In this document: positions 26,014 to 37,917 of the stretch, piece by piece
Layout: the number at the start of each line of letters is the position of its first letter
Numbering within the stretch: position 1 is the stretch's first letter
NCBI RefSeq assembly: GCF_057098645.1
Contig: NZ_CM169472.1
Direction: 5' to 3' (one strand)
DNA length: 64,000 nucleotides
Notes under the pieces: model-generated
Database searches by the model: none
What the model saw: the letters and a program-made list of their open reading frames with translations, nothing else
Told to the model about the DNA's origin: nothing
Position numbers and translations under genes: made by a program

Positions 26014-26113
26014 GCCTGATGCGCTACGCTTATCAGGCCTACATCGTTCCTGCAATTTATTGATTTTGCAAGATTTTGTAGGTTGGGTAAGGCGTTCACG
26101 TCGCATCTGGCAA
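26014..26113. repeat. RIP/BIME element: two REP palindromes flanking an IHF-type spacer
   Basis: GCCTGATGCGCTACGCTTATCAGGCCTAC ... CAATTTATTGATTTTGCAAG ... GTAGGTTGGGTAAGGCGTTCACGTCGCATCTGGCA. Confidence 0.8.
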
Positions 26114-26130
26114 AAACAACGAGCCAATAA

Positions 26131-26160
26131 AAATACCGGCGTTATGCCGGTATTTTTTTA
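26131..26160 (+). terminator. Rho-independent terminator after opgGH
   Basis: ATACCGGCGTTATGCCGGTAT hairpin followed by T7. Confidence 0.75.
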
Positions 26161-26175
26161 CGGAAGAGGTATCAA

Positions 26176-26403
26176 ATGCGTTTAATTGTGGTGAGCATCA
26201 TGGTGACCTTGCTGAGTGGCTGTGGCAGCATCATTAGCCGCACTATACCGGGGCAGGGGCATGGCAACCAATATTATCCCGGTGTGCAATGGGATGTGCG
26301 TGACTCCGCCTGGCGTTATGTCACAATCCTTGATCTGCCATTCTCCCTGGTTTTTGATACTTTACTGCTGCCGATCGACATTCATCATGGCCCGTATGAG
26401 TAA
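26176..26403 (+). CDS. yceK: Lipoprotein YceK
   Basis: 75 aa; lipobox LLSGC. Confidence 0.85.
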   Translation: MRLIVVSIMVTLLSGCGSIISRTIPGQGHGNQYYPGVQWDVRDSAWRYVTILDLPFSLVFDTLLLPIDIHHGPYE

Positions 26404-26778
26404 TTAACGTTCATCCCACTCATCAGCTGCTGCGCGTCCTTCCTCGGTATCCAGCGGTGGCTCAAGCTGAAATTCCCCCTCGTCCCATTCATGTAATGTA
26501 TTCTCTTCCTGCCACTCCTGGCGGATCTCTATCTCATCATAGTCGCCATTAAAAACACTTTGCGCGGCTTCACCGCTAAGCATAGGTAAACATTCACCTT
26601 CTTCACCTTCGTCGGCAAAAAACTCAACTTGCCACATGATGTCGCCGTCCTGCAAAACGTATTTTTGGGCATTGAACTGTTGCACATTCGCATCTTCGGC
26701 GTCGATGCCGGGGTTGTCTGCAAGAAATTCTTCGCGTGCAGCGTCAATGGCTTCTTCAAGCGTTGCGTACATGGTCAT
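26404..26778 (-). CDS. msyB: Acidic protein MsyB
   Basis: 124 aa, very acidic; start MTMYATLEEAID. Confidence 0.9.
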   Translation of the reverse strand: MTMYATLEEAIDAAREEFLADNPGIDAEDANVQQFNAQKYVLQDGDIMWQVEFFADEGEEGECLPMLSGEAAQSVFNGDYDEIEIRQEWQEENTLHEWDEGEFQLEPPLDTEEGRAAADEWDER

Positions 26779-26860
26779 CACGATTCTCCCTTTGAGTTGA
26801 TGAGGTTTCAGGGAAAAGGATAGCTGATTCTCCGCTTTTGCAAGTATGAAAGGCGAAAAA

Positions 26861-28087
26861 TCAGTTCGATACCTGGGGTATTCGACGACGACGTAGACTG
26901 TTCCATGAATAGACTGCGTTGAATAACACTACGCCAGCGGTGACGAGAAATACCGCTCTGAAACCGTAGTTCGCTGAAATCGCTGCTCCCATCAATGGTC
27001 CGGTAACGTTGCCAATATCACGAAACGATTGGTTATAGCTGAAGATACGTCCGGCGATTTGGTTGCTCGAGTTGTAAACCAACAGGGTCTGTACGGCGGG
27101 GAGTAGTGCACCATCGGCGGCACCGAGCAAAAAACGTAAAATCCCAAGTTGTAATGGCGTCTGAACGTATGACATTGGGATCAACAGCAGTACAGAAAAG
27201 ATCAGCGCCGTAATCAGGATCTTTTCGGGGCCGATTCGATCGCCAAGTTTGCCGAGTCGTGGTGCACTCAGCAGAGCCGCCACGCCTGGCACCGAGGCGA
27301 TCATGCCACTGATAAAGGCGACGTTACTGACGTTACCCGCCAGTTCGCGGACATACAGCGTCAGAATGGGGGCTATTGAGCCCGTCGCCACCTGGATGAT
27401 TAACGTAGTGACAAACAGGCTGAGTACCAGTTTCGGGTTTTTAAGTGATGTCACCACTTCCCGCATGTGCAGCATCTCTTTTTTGCTGACCGGCTGGAAT
27501 TTTTCTCTGATGCAAAAGAGGGTGACGAAAAAGCAGAGTATGAGCACACTGGCGGTAATAAAGAATACCGGACGTAAGCCGTAGCTATCGGCGAGCAGGC
27601 CGCCAGCCATTGGGCCGAGCAACGCACCGCTAACGCCGCCTGTGGAGAGCGTACCCAGTGCCCAGCCGCTTTTATTACGCGGTACTTGTGTGGCGATAAG
27701 AGCATTAGCGTTGGGGACAAATCCGCCAAGTAACCCAAGAAGCGCCCGTAGGATCAAAAACTGCCAGATATTTTGTGCCAGCCCCATCAACACCATCACG
27801 ATGCCCATGCCGAGAGCAGAGCGTAATAGCATGAGTTTTCGGCCTTTACGGTCGGCGAGTCCACCCCAAAACGGTGAGGCGATGGCCGAAAATAAAAATG
27901 TAATGCTGAAGACAATACCGGACCACATATTCAGGGCGGAGTGGCCGGTAACGCCAAGCTGCTCAACGTAGAGGGGTAAGAAGGGCATTACCAGACTGAA
28001 GGCGGCACCGGTAAGAAAACAGCCTAGCCAGGCGACGATCAGGTTTCGTTTCCAGTTTATAGGGGTGTCATTTTCACAGGGTGACAT
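26861..28087 (-). CDS. mdtG: MFS multidrug efflux transporter MdtG
   Basis: 408 aa polytopic MFS protein; recognised. Confidence 0.9.
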
Positions 28088-28258
28088 AGCAATTCGCTGT
28101 TGGTGCGCCAGGCGCGGTGAACATAAGAAGAAAAGATAAGCACACTAATTATGCGCCCGACTTCCAGGGGGCGCAATCCAGAGAGCTTTTATCGCTAAAT
28201 CAGGGGGATTTGCTGTGGTAATGCCGGATGCCATTCTGAAGCATCCGGCATGGAAGAT

Positions 28259-29179
28259 TTAATAGCGTGAAGGAACGCCTTCCGGGCGTGTTTTAAAGCG
28301 ACGGTGTAACCACATATACTGCTCTGGTGCCATCATGATGCATTTTTCGACCACTTTGTTCATCCACGCGGCGGTAGTTTCGGCATCATCCAGTGGCGGA
28401 GAACACTCTGGCGGCAGCATAATCAATTGATACCCTTTGCCATCTGGCTTACGGCGTGGAACGAAGGGCACCAGACATGCGCCGGACATCCGTGCCAGCA
28501 TCCAGGTTCCGGTCGTGGTCGCAGCCTGCTCAACGGCAAATAACGGGACGAAAACGCTTGAGCGCGGGCCGTAATCATGATCCGGTGCGTACCAGACCAC
28601 TTCGCCTTTTTTCAGGGCTTTAATCATGCCTTTTAAATCTTTGCGGTCGAGCATCGATTTATTTGAGCGCAAACGGCCCCAGGTTTGTAGCCAGTCAATC
28701 AGTGGATTATCGTTCGGGCGGTAAACGCCAATCCCCGGTTCCTGCATACCAAACTGCCGCGCGCCCAGCTCCAGTGTCAGAAAATGGATGCCAACTAACA
28801 GGATGCCGCGTTTTTGCGCCTGCACGTCACGAATGTGTTCCATGCCGATCACTTCCGTCCAGCGGGCGATTCGGCGGTCCGGCCAGAACCACGCCATGCC
28901 GGTTTCCATCAGGCCCATGCCAACGGATTCGAAATTCTTCACCACCATTTTACGGCGTTCTTGTTCGCTCATTTCCGGGAAGCACAGTTCCAGGTTGCGA
29001 TGCACAATTTTTGCGCGTCGTTTCATAAAACGTAACGCCAGTTTTCCTAATCCACAACCGAGGCGGTAGATAACCGGGTAGGGCAATTGCACGACCAACC
29101 AAAGTACGCCAATACCCAACCAGGTTAACCAATAACGCGGATGAAGCAGTGCGGTGGAGAACTTGGGTAGATTCGTCAT
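28259..29179 (-). CDS. lpxL: Lipid A lauroyl acyltransferase LpxL
   Basis: Start [17 protein letters not shown] at 29179 inside longer ORF to 29242; 306 aa. Confidence 0.9.
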
Positions 29180-29403
29180 ATCAATCCTGTTTTTCAACCT
29201 ATACGGGCAATTGTATGTATTGTCGCATTTTTTCGTCCGCAACCAAAATTTGTGACTGAAGACTGGGCGAAATTGCCGCGCTTGTAAATAACAAATAATT
29301 TTTAATGCGCAAATGTAGCGTAAAATGTGTGGATGTTAATTATCGATAATTGCTATATCATGCCGCGGATTTTTACTTTCCCATCTCGCAGGAACCGTAC
29401 ACC

Positions 29404-30456
29404 ATGCCAGTGTTACACAACCGCATTTCCAACGACGCGTTAAAAGCCAAAATGTTGGCTGAGAGCGAACCGCGAACCACCATTTCGTTTTATAAGTATT
29501 TCCACATCGCCGATCCTAAGGTGACCCGTGACGCTTTATATCAGCTGTTTACCGCGCTGAATGTTTTTGGGCGAGTGTATCTGGCGCATGAGGGCATTAA
29601 CGCGCAAATCAGCGTACCAGCGAGCAATGTTGAAACATTTCGCGCGCAGCTCTATGCCTTCGACCCGGCTTTAGAGGGTTTACGCCTGAATATCGCGTTG
29701 GATGATGACGGGAAATCCTTCTGGGTACTGCGCATGAAGGTACGCGATCGCATTGTTGCCGACGGTATTGACGATCCTCACTTTGATGCCAGCAATGTTG
29801 GTGAGTATCTGCAAGCGGCGGAAGTGAACGCCATGCTTGACGATCCCGATGCACTATTTATCGACATGCGTAACCACTATGAGTATGAAGTGGGGCACTT
29901 TGAAAACGCGCTCGAAATTCCGGCAGATACCTTCCGTGAGCAGCTGCCAAAAGCAGTCGAGATGATGCAGGCACATAAAGATAAAAAAATCGTTATGTAC
30001 TGCACCGGCGGCATTCGTTGTGAAAAGGCCAGTGCCTGGATGAAACATAACGGATTCAACAAAGTCTGGCATATCGAGGGCGGAATTATTGAATACGCCC
30101 GTAAGGCGCGCGAGCAGGGCTTGCCGGTGCGTTTTATTGGCAAAAATTTTGTTTTTGACGAGCGGATGGGCGAACGTATATCTGATGAGATTATCGCGCA
30201 TTGCCACCAGTGCGGTGCGCCGTGCGACAGCCATACCAACTGTAAAAATGATGGCTGCCACCTGCTGTTTATTCAGTGTCCAGCATGTGCGGAAAAATAC
30301 AAAGGTTGTTGTAGTGAGATTTGCTGCGAAGAAAGCGCGTTACCGCCAGAAGAACAGCGACGCCGTCGGGCAGGACGTGAAAATGGCAATAAGATCTTTA
30401 ATAAGTCTCGTGGACGTCTGAATACAACACTGGGCATTCCTGATCCAACAGAATAA
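29404..30456 (+). CDS. trhO: Rhodanese-domain tRNA uridine hydroxylase YceA (TrhO)
   Basis: ATG 29404 ([17 protein letters not shown]); 350 aa; Cys-rich C-terminus. Confidence 0.88.
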   Translation: MPVLHNRISNDALKAKMLAESEPRTTISFYKYFHIADPKVTRDALYQLFTALNVFGRVYLAHEGINAQISVPASNVETFRAQLYAFDPALEGLRLNIALDDDGKSFWVLRMKVRDRIVADGIDDPHFDASNVGEYLQAAEVNAMLDDPDALFIDMRNHYEYEVGHFENALEIPADTFREQLPKAVEMMQAHKDKKIVMYCTGGIRCEKASAWMKHNGFNKVWHIEGGIIEYARKAREQGLPVRFIGKNFVFDERMGERISDEIIAHCHQCGAPCDSHTNCKNDGCHLLFIQCPACAEKYKGCCSEICCEESALPPEEQRRRRAGRENGNKIFNKSRGRLNTTLGIPDPTE

Positions 30457-30463
30457 ATATCAT

Positions 30464-30487
30464 TGCCGGATGCGTGCCATCCGGCAA
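30464..30487. terminator. Stem-loop between convergent yceA and yceI (possible terminator)
   Basis: TTGCCGGATG-CGTGC-CATCCGGCAA palindrome; no clear T-run on either side. Confidence 0.4.
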
Positions 30488-30497
30488 CATTTCACTC

Positions 30498-31073
30498 TTA
30501 CTTCTGCTGTACGCCTTCCACTGAAATAATCAGATCCACTTCCTGAGAAGCTGGACCTAAATCTGTCTTGATATTGAAGTCCTTGAGCTTAATTTTGCCT
30601 TCGGCCTCGAAGCCTGCACGTTTACCACCCCACGGGTCGTCGCCCTGACCAATTAATTTCGCTTCCAGCGTGACGGGTTTGGTTACACCATTCAGCGTCA
30701 GATCGCCGGTAATATCCAGTTCGTCACCGTCTTTCTTCACGCTGGTGGAGGTGAATGTTGCCTGTGGATATTTTGCGGTATTGAGAAAATCCGCACTGCG
30801 AAGATGTTTATCGCGTTCGGCGTGGTTAGTATCGACGCTGGTGGTGTTAATTGTCACATTCACTTTATCGGCAGCCGGATTTTTTTCATCAAAGGTAAAA
30901 GTACCGTCGAAATCTTTAAAGGTGCCGTATAACCAGCTATAGCCAAGATGCTGGATGCGGAAGTTAACAAAGGCGTGCTGACCTTCTTTGTCAATTTTGT
31001 AATCGGCGGCAACCGCTGAACCGGCAGAGAACATCAGGGACGCGAAGGTTAAACCAAGCAGGCTTTTTTTCAT
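30498..31073 (-). CDS. yceI: Periplasmic polyisoprenoid-binding protein YceI
   Basis: 191 aa with signal peptide; recognised. Confidence 0.9.
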
Positions 31074-31076
31074 TTT

Positions 31077-31553
31077 TTATACTCCATAGTCAGATGACGA
31101 CTTTCCCAGCATGCGCTTCAGAGTGTCGTCTTTATCGATGAAATGATGCTTCAGGGCCATAAATCCGTGCATAACGGACAGTACTACGACGCTCCACGCG
31201 AGCCAAAAATGCAGGGCACCGGCAAAGTCTGCCTGTGCGCCAGCGTCGGCAAGGGTCGCGGGGACGTCAAACCAGCCAAAAACGCTGATCGGTTTACCAT
31301 CGGCAGTTGAGATCAGATAGCCGCTGATGCCGATGGCGAACAGCAATAGGTACAATGCGAGATGTCCAGCTTTTGCGGCAAGACGAGTCATGGGCGAATA
31401 ACTCGGCAGCGGACCCGGCGGTGGAGATATGACGCGCCACAGAACGCGAATAACCAGCCCCATCATTAACAAAATACCGATGCTTTTATGCAGTTCGGGT
31501 GCTTTGTGATACCAGCCATCGTAATAACTGAGCGTGACCATCCACAGACCTAA
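31077..31553 (-). pseudogene. yceJ: yceJ (cytochrome b561 homologue) 3' fragment, separated from its 5' end by IS5
   Basis: Annotated ORF 31077..31643 takes its first 30 codons from inside the IS; authentic yceJ sequence begins at the CTAA duplication (31550-31553). Confidence 0.8.
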
Positions 31554-32749
<1,196 letters not shown>

Positions 32750-32753
32750 CTAA

Positions 32754-32843
32754 AGCAAACATGCCGTAGACAATAATTGCGCTTAGCCAATGGAAGGCCG
32801 CAGATATAACACCATAGCGTTCAGGGGTATTTGTGAATGACAT
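32754..32843 (-). pseudogene. yceJ: yceJ 5' fragment (first ~30 codons)
   Basis: ATG 32843 (MSFTNTPERYGVISAAFHWLSAIIVYGMFAL) runs into the IS end; joining it to the 3' fragment across one CTAA copy restores an in-frame gene (...YGMFALGLWMVTLSYYDGW...). Confidence 0.8.
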
Positions 32844-33103
32844 AAGTGCATCCAAAACGAATTTGCGAGAGAAAGAAAATGGCGTGTCGGAGAATGAATT
32901 GCAACACAAAAATAACAAATTGAATGATATTTATTTTTATTTCAATAATTTTGAATTAATAATGAAAGAATCTTCATAAGTTTAGTGGGTTCAGCATCAG
33001 AGATGTCTGGTGAGTGCTGTAGAAGCAGGAATAATCTCATTCAATTTTTCACGCTAAATGAAAGGGAGATTAAATATTTGTCAGTTTATGTCAGTGCGGA
33101 AAA

Positions 33104-33217
33104 CTAAAAATAAAACACATAGTTCAGATCCATAATTGCCAACAATCCCCAGAGAAAAAGATAAAGCATCAGATGCTCGCGAATATTATTGATGAGATAG
33201 TGCAACAGCCGACGCAT
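33104..33217 (-). CDS. yceO: Small hydrophobic protein YceO
   Basis: ATG 33217 with AGGAG 7 nt upstream; 37 codons ([37 protein letters not shown]). Start assignment uncertain. Confidence 0.55.
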   Translation of the reverse strand: MRRLLHYLINNIREHLMLYLFLWGLLAIMDLNYVFYF

Positions 33218-33264
33218 TAAATACTCCTGTAAAAACGGCCTCATTCTGGAGGCCGTAATGATGA

Positions 33265-34383
33265 TTATTGGAAGCGGGAAAGCCTGAATGAGGTCAAATC
33301 AAAATCGCTTTTTTTGTTTTGCGCAAAATCGGCAGCTATTTCCCCTAAAACTGACGCAAATTTAAAACCGTGCCCACTCAGGCCGGTAATGAGCAGTGTA
33401 TTATCGTGGTCGGGTAGGGTATCGATAATAAAATCTTCGTCAGGCGAATTATCATAGGTGCAGGCAGCGCCGTACAGGCAGCAACCGATACCCGGCAATA
33501 CATTGCGCAAGAACGGGAAGGCTTCTGACCCATCACTGGCCACTTCCGCAAACGGAACACGTTCATCCGCTGAATGGATAACCTGGCCTCCGTTATGTTT
33601 GCCAATCTTCAACGCGTCGTTTTCTGCCGGAAAACCATAATATTGATCGCCATTGGGCAGTTCACCGGTAAACGCCGGGAATTTATTCTTCACGCTATAG
33701 CGGCCATCGGCCTGATACCAGGCAAATACTTTACGTACGGGCTGGACAGGCAGCTCCGGGAGCAGGTCTTTTACCCATGTTCCCGCGCAGACAATCGCTT
33801 TTTTCGCCTGATACTCACCGTCAGCCGTTTCAATAGTTACACCATCATCGTCATGACGAATTGCGGTGACCGGGCAGTTGAACAGTTGCGCACAGCCCGC
33901 TTCCTTCGCCAGTTGGATCCAGGTTTTAATCGCCAGTTCGCTGCGCAAAAAACCGGAATCAGTCTCAAATAAGCCGATGTAGTTGTCCGGGACGCGTATT
34001 TCTGGCCAGCGGGCCATAATCCCTTGCGCATCGAGCTTTTCAACGTTGAGTTGCCACTGTTCGGCGCTGTGGGCGACGTTGGCGAGAAATGCGGAGTCAG
34101 CCGGGCCGAGGTTAATGACACCAGAGCGTACAAAAATGGGATCATCTTCGTTGTGGCGGGAGAGCTCATCCCACAGTGTTTGCGCGCGGAGGACCAGTGG
34201 GACATACTTTTCGCCTTCACCATAAGCATGGCGAATTAATCGCGTATCGCCGTGGTGGCTGCCGTGTTGATGCGGTGGCATATGGGCGTCGGTCATTAGC
34301 ACGTTTAAACCGGCGCGGGTTGCATAATACCCGGCGGCAGCGCCTACGGAACCGCTGCCAATAATGATGAGATCGTATTTCAT
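33265..34383 (-). CDS. solA: N-methyl-L-tryptophan oxidase SolA
   Basis: 372 aa; FAD motif [18 protein letters not shown]. Confidence 0.92.
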   Translation of the reverse strand: MKYDLIIIGSGSVGAAAGYYATRAGLNVLMTDAHMPPHQHGSHHGDTRLIRHAYGEGEKYVPLVLRAQTLWDELSRHNEDDPIFVRSGVINLGPADSAFLANVAHSAEQWQLNVEKLDAQGIMARWPEIRVPDNYIGLFETDSGFLRSELAIKTWIQLAKEAGCAQLFNCPVTAIRHDDDGVTIETADGEYQAKKAIVCAGTWVKDLLPELPVQPVRKVFAWYQADGRYSVKNKFPAFTGELPNGDQYYGFPAENDALKIGKHNGGQVIHSADERVPFAEVASDGSEAFPFLRNVLPGIGCCLYGAACTYDNSPDEDFIIDTLPDHDNTLLITGLSGHGFKFASVLGEIAADFAQNKKSDFDLTSFRLSRFQ

Positions 34384-34497
34384 TTTTTTCTCTCTGCTCT
34401 CATGGTTTAAGCAGAGTAATTAACTGAATGCAGATATACAACCCAGAAATGGTAAAGGCACCGGTGAGGTGCCTTTTGGGTGGATGGTCATGTCATG

Positions 34498-34752
34498 TTA
34501 ATGACGCCGATACTCGTTTACCTGGAAATCACCGGATTCAATTTTGGCGATTCCTGCTTCTAATATCGAAATAAATTGTCTGGCAACATCAGTGGTTAAC
34601 CAGAGCGTCTGACCAACTTCAGTCCCTTCCTGCTCGGACTTATTTGGGGTCTGGTAGTGCAAACGCAACATCAGCGCATCATAGCTATCAACGGTGCTGA
34701 TGTCCCACCCTACGAGCGGATGAGTCTGAATGACTTCATTATTTTTTTCCAT
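34498..34752 (-). CDS. bssS: Biofilm regulator BssS
   Basis: 84 aa; MEKNNEVIQTHPLVGWDIS. Confidence 0.88.
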   Translation of the reverse strand: MEKNNEVIQTHPLVGWDISTVDSYDALMLRLHYQTPNKSEQEGTEVGQTLWLTTDVARQFISILEAGIAKIESGDFQVNEYRRH

Positions 34753-34995
34753 CATGGCCCCCTAATTCGTGTTACTAGACAACGTTATTCGAGGTTCAAT
34801 GCGTTTTTATCTGAAGCAACTTCAGTATACCAATAAGTAAGGGTATTCACCGAATTTTTAAAGGGGGAAATAGATAAATTTCTGCTTTTAAGATTTATAT
34901 GAACAATAAAACAGCATCTCATTCATATTTTTTTAGCATATTGTGCAATTATTTTGAGGAAGTGTAGAAATTTTGTACTCAAAATTCGTAAGTAA

Positions 34996-35020
34996 AATAA
35001 AAAAGCCGGGGCGACCCGGC
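34996..35020 (-). terminator. Rho-independent terminator downstream of dinI
   Basis: GCCGGGGCGACCCGGC hairpin preceded on plus strand by an A-run (U-run on minus strand). Confidence 0.7.
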
Positions 35021-35041
35021 AAAAACAAAAATCACTGCATA

Positions 35042-35287
35042 TTATTCGCTGACAAACCAGTCATCGGCGCTTTCCCACGTTTCCTGGAGAATTTCGCTAA
35101 TGCGCTGTTTATCTTCTTTTGTCGCGCCAATAACCGATAAATTATTCGCTGCGGCGTAACGTACCGATACGTGGCCTTCATTATCAGGAAACGCATACTG
35201 AATACGGCGGGAAAGTTCGCCAGCCAGGGCGTCAATAGCCCCAGCTGGCAATGGAGAAGTTTTCGCTATGGTGACTTCAATTCGCAT
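35042..35287 (-). CDS. dinI: DNA damage-inducible protein DinI
   Basis: Start MRIEVTIAKTSPLPAGAIDAL at 35287 inside longer ORF; 81 aa. Confidence 0.9.
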   Translation of the reverse strand: MRIEVTIAKTSPLPAGAIDALAGELSRRIQYAFPDNEGHVSVRYAAANNLSVIGATKEDKQRISEILQETWESADDWFVSE

Positions 35288-35308
35288 AATAGCCCCCTGT
35301 TGAATATA

Positions 35309-35324
35309 CTGGTTATTTATACAG
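35309..35324. promoter_or_regulatory. LexA (SOS) box upstream of dinI
   Basis: CTGGTTATTTATACAG (rc CTGTATAAATAACCAG) fits CTGT-N8-ACAG with one half-site mismatch, ~20-35 nt upstream of the dinI start. Confidence 0.75.
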
Positions 35325-35360
35325 GTAAAATAATCTAATGACAACAGGAAGCTACGATTT

Positions 35361-36407
35361 TTATTGTTTAACGGACCAGCGTACCGTTTCCCCGGCGAGG
35401 AATGGCACCAGCGTGTCATCAGTCAGTGCGATGCTTTCAGCAACCTGATGCTCTTCACGTACCAGTTCGATGAATGTGTCGTTGACCGGCAACCCATAGA
35501 ACTGCGGGCCATTTACAGAACAGAATGCTTCAAAGTGCTGCAGAGCATTCATCTCTTCAAAGACGGTAGCGTAACTTCCCAGCGCGGTTGGGGCGTTGAA
35601 GCAGCCCGCGCAGCCGCAACTGCTCTCTTTGCGATGACGTGCATGTGGCGCAGAATCCGTACCGAGGAATACTCGATTAAAACCGCTGGCGACCAGTTCA
35701 CGCAATGCCTGTTGGTGAATATTGCGTTTGAGGATGGGTAGACAATACAGGTGCGGACGCACGCCTCCAACCAGCATATGGTTGCGGTTAAACATCAGAT
35801 GCTGCGGAGTGATGGTGGCAGCCAGCCGTTCATTTCCGTCACGGACATAGTCGGCAGCATCTTTGGTGGTGATGTGCTCAAAAACGACTTTCAGCGCAGT
35901 CAGGCGCTGGCGCAGAGGTTCCATCACGCTTTCTATAAAGCGCGCTTCACGATCAAAAATGTCGATATCTGCATGTGTCACTTCACCATGCACCAGTAGC
36001 GGCATACCGATTTTTTCCATGCGCTCAAGTACCGGCATGATTGCGTCAATTGACGTCACGCCGTGGCTGGAGTTAGTGGTTGCGTTTGCCGGGTAAAGTT
36101 TTGCAGCGGTGAACACGCCTTCGTTAAATCCGCGCTCCAGCTCATTAGGATCCAGCGAATCTGTTAAATAACAGGTCATCAATGGGGTGAAATCGTGCCC
36201 GGCAGGTACGGCGTCAAGAATACGTTGGCGATACGCCACGGCAGCCTCAATGGTGGTCACGGGCGGAGCCAGATTGGGCATTACGATAGCCCGTCCATAA
36301 ATTTCGCTGGTATACGGCACGACAGTTTTTAACATGTCGCCATCGCGGAGGTGAAGGTGCCAGTCGTCTGGGCGGCGGATCTTTAATACCTGGGATGGTG
36401 CAGTCAT
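35361..36407 (-). CDS. pyrC: Dihydroorotase PyrC
   Basis: 348 aa; recognised. Confidence 0.93.
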   Translation of the reverse strand: MTAPSQVLKIRRPDDWHLHLRDGDMLKTVVPYTSEIYGRAIVMPNLAPPVTTIEAAVAYRQRILDAVPAGHDFTPLMTCYLTDSLDPNELERGFNEGVFTAAKLYPANATTNSSHGVTSIDAIMPVLERMEKIGMPLLVHGEVTHADIDIFDREARFIESVMEPLRQRLTALKVVFEHITTKDAADYVRDGNERLAATITPQHLMFNRNHMLVGGVRPHLYCLPILKRNIHQQALRELVASGFNRVFLGTDSAPHARHRKESSCGCAGCFNAPTALGSYATVFEEMNALQHFEAFCSVNGPQFYGLPVNDTFIELVREEHQVAESIALTDDTLVPFLAGETVRWSVKQ

Positions 36408-36458
36408 TAATCTCTATGCTCCGGCTGAAGGGATGTTTTTGCCGGACACAAAGGATAA

Positions 36459-36474
36459 GCGGAAACGTTTTCCT
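36459..36474. promoter_or_regulatory. Putative PurR operator upstream of pyrC
   Basis: GCGGAAACGTTTTCCT contains the palindromic AAACGTTT core of the PurR box. Confidence 0.5.
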
Positions 36475-36480
36475 TTGCAC

Positions 36481-36507
36481 GAAAAATAAAGGGCGCGAAT
36501 GCGCCCT
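36481..36507 (-). terminator. Rho-independent terminator downstream of yceB
   Basis: GGGCGCGAATGCGCCC hairpin with A-run on plus strand (U-run on minus). Confidence 0.7.
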
Positions 36508-36512
36508 CGTGA

Positions 36513-37073
36513 TTAATCAGTAAATGGAATGACAATTTCGCCTGGCTTCACTTCAATGCCTTTCGCCAGTTTTTTCGCCATTGCTTCGCCCTGGCTGCCA
36601 TCTTCGCGCAGGACGTAAGCAGGTTGCTGGTTAAAGTAATTGCGTAATGCCTGGTTCAGATAGGGAAGCAACGTTTGCATCACCGTTTGCATTTTTTCCG
36701 GTTGTACCGTCGCATCGACCACTTCCATCTCTTTCAGGAAGATCGCACCTTTTTCTTTATCAAACACGGGCAGCGCTTTCAGCTTCAGTTTCATGGTCGC
36801 TTTCTGACTACCGAACAGGGAGTTCATGTCCAGATTGGCGTCTCCGGTTAGGGTAACCTTATTCGGCTCTTCGCGACCAATTTGGCTGGTCAGGTTTGTC
36901 AGAACAATATGGGCGTCAGCCACGCCGGGTAAACCGATATCTTTTGAGAAATTATTATGTTTCGCAAGCGACTGGTTAATTTCTTGTTCGGTGATGGTGT
37001 ATTGGGTGAGTTGATTACAGCCAACGAGCAGGCCACTGACGATCAATGCAGCGGCAAATAAAAACTTGTTCAT
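36513..37073 (-). CDS. yceB: Lipoprotein YceB
   Basis: Start MNKFLFAAALIVSGLLVGC (lipobox) at 37073; 186 aa. The longer ORF to 37274 would overlap grxB. Confidence 0.85.
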   Translation of the reverse strand: MNKFLFAAALIVSGLLVGCNQLTQYTITEQEINQSLAKHNNFSKDIGLPGVADAHIVLTNLTSQIGREEPNKVTLTGDANLDMNSLFGSQKATMKLKLKALPVFDKEKGAIFLKEMEVVDATVQPEKMQTVMQTLLPYLNQALRNYFNQQPAYVLREDGSQGEAMAKKLAKGIEVKPGEIVIPFTD

Positions 37074-37206
37074 GGTAGTCCTCGACATGAAATCTGCGTC
37101 AATATCCTGACACAACGCAGCATGTGTCACCAGCGATAAACTCGCCAGCAGAAAAAACTGAAAACGGCGGCAACCCGCGAATACAGGCTGCCGCGGCGGG
37201 TCAGGA

Positions 37207-37854
37207 TTAAATCGCCATTGATGATAACAAATTGATTTGTGTCTGTTTCGCCATATTATCGCGGTAATCAGCAACGCGGCTTGGCCAGTTAATTCCGGCT
37301 ACCAGCGTCAGATTACGCAGTAGCGGGAATAGCTGAATATCATCTTCCGAAAGTTCGCCATTCACGGCGTTCGGTTTGACGATCAGTTTGTCCAGCGCAC
37401 GTAAATCATCGCTGATATTCTTAATCAGACCGTCAGAGTGGGCCAGCAGGTCGGCAAAATTACCCGCGCTGGCCTCTTTCTTGTCGACGAAATATTTGCG
37501 CGCGGCGGGAGTAGAAAACTCATCAAATGCCGATTTGGCAAAACGCGGCAACAGCAGTTTGTTGGCGTAGCCATTGACCTTGCGCAGCCACTCTTCAATT
37601 GCAGGGGAACGTTTGCCGGTCAGTAACGGTTTGCCGTCGAGTTTATCGACATAGTGAACGATATCCATGCTTTCTGGCATATAGCGGCTGTCATCTTTTT
37701 GCAGAATGGGAACCTGTTTTTGACCGACCATCCGGGTGGGTGTTTCTGCGTCGTCGTTGAGCAGAACATGTAATTCGACGGGGATATTTTTCAGGCCGAA
37801 AATCATGCGGGCTTTGAGGCAGTAAGGGCAGTGATCGTAAATGTATAGCTTCAC
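37207..37854 (-). CDS. grxB: Glutaredoxin 2
   Basis: 215 aa; CPYC active site in MKLYIYDHCPYCLKARM. Confidence 0.93.
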   Translation of the reverse strand: MKLYIYDHCPYCLKARMIFGLKNIPVELHVLLNDDAETPTRMVGQKQVPILQKDDSRYMPESMDIVHYVDKLDGKPLLTGKRSPAIEEWLRKVNGYANKLLLPRFAKSAFDEFSTPAARKYFVDKKEASAGNFADLLAHSDGLIKNISDDLRALDKLIVKPNAVNGELSEDDIQLFPLLRNLTLVAGINWPSRVADYRDNMAKQTQINLLSSMAI

Positions 37855-37917
37855 GTGACTCCTCCATTTGGCTGTCAGTTCACTTTCAGTATGGAGGAGT
37901 CAGGGGGGAGTATCAAA

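Noticed and set aside
33574-33972. 132-aa plus-strand ORF
   Set aside because: Antisense to solA.
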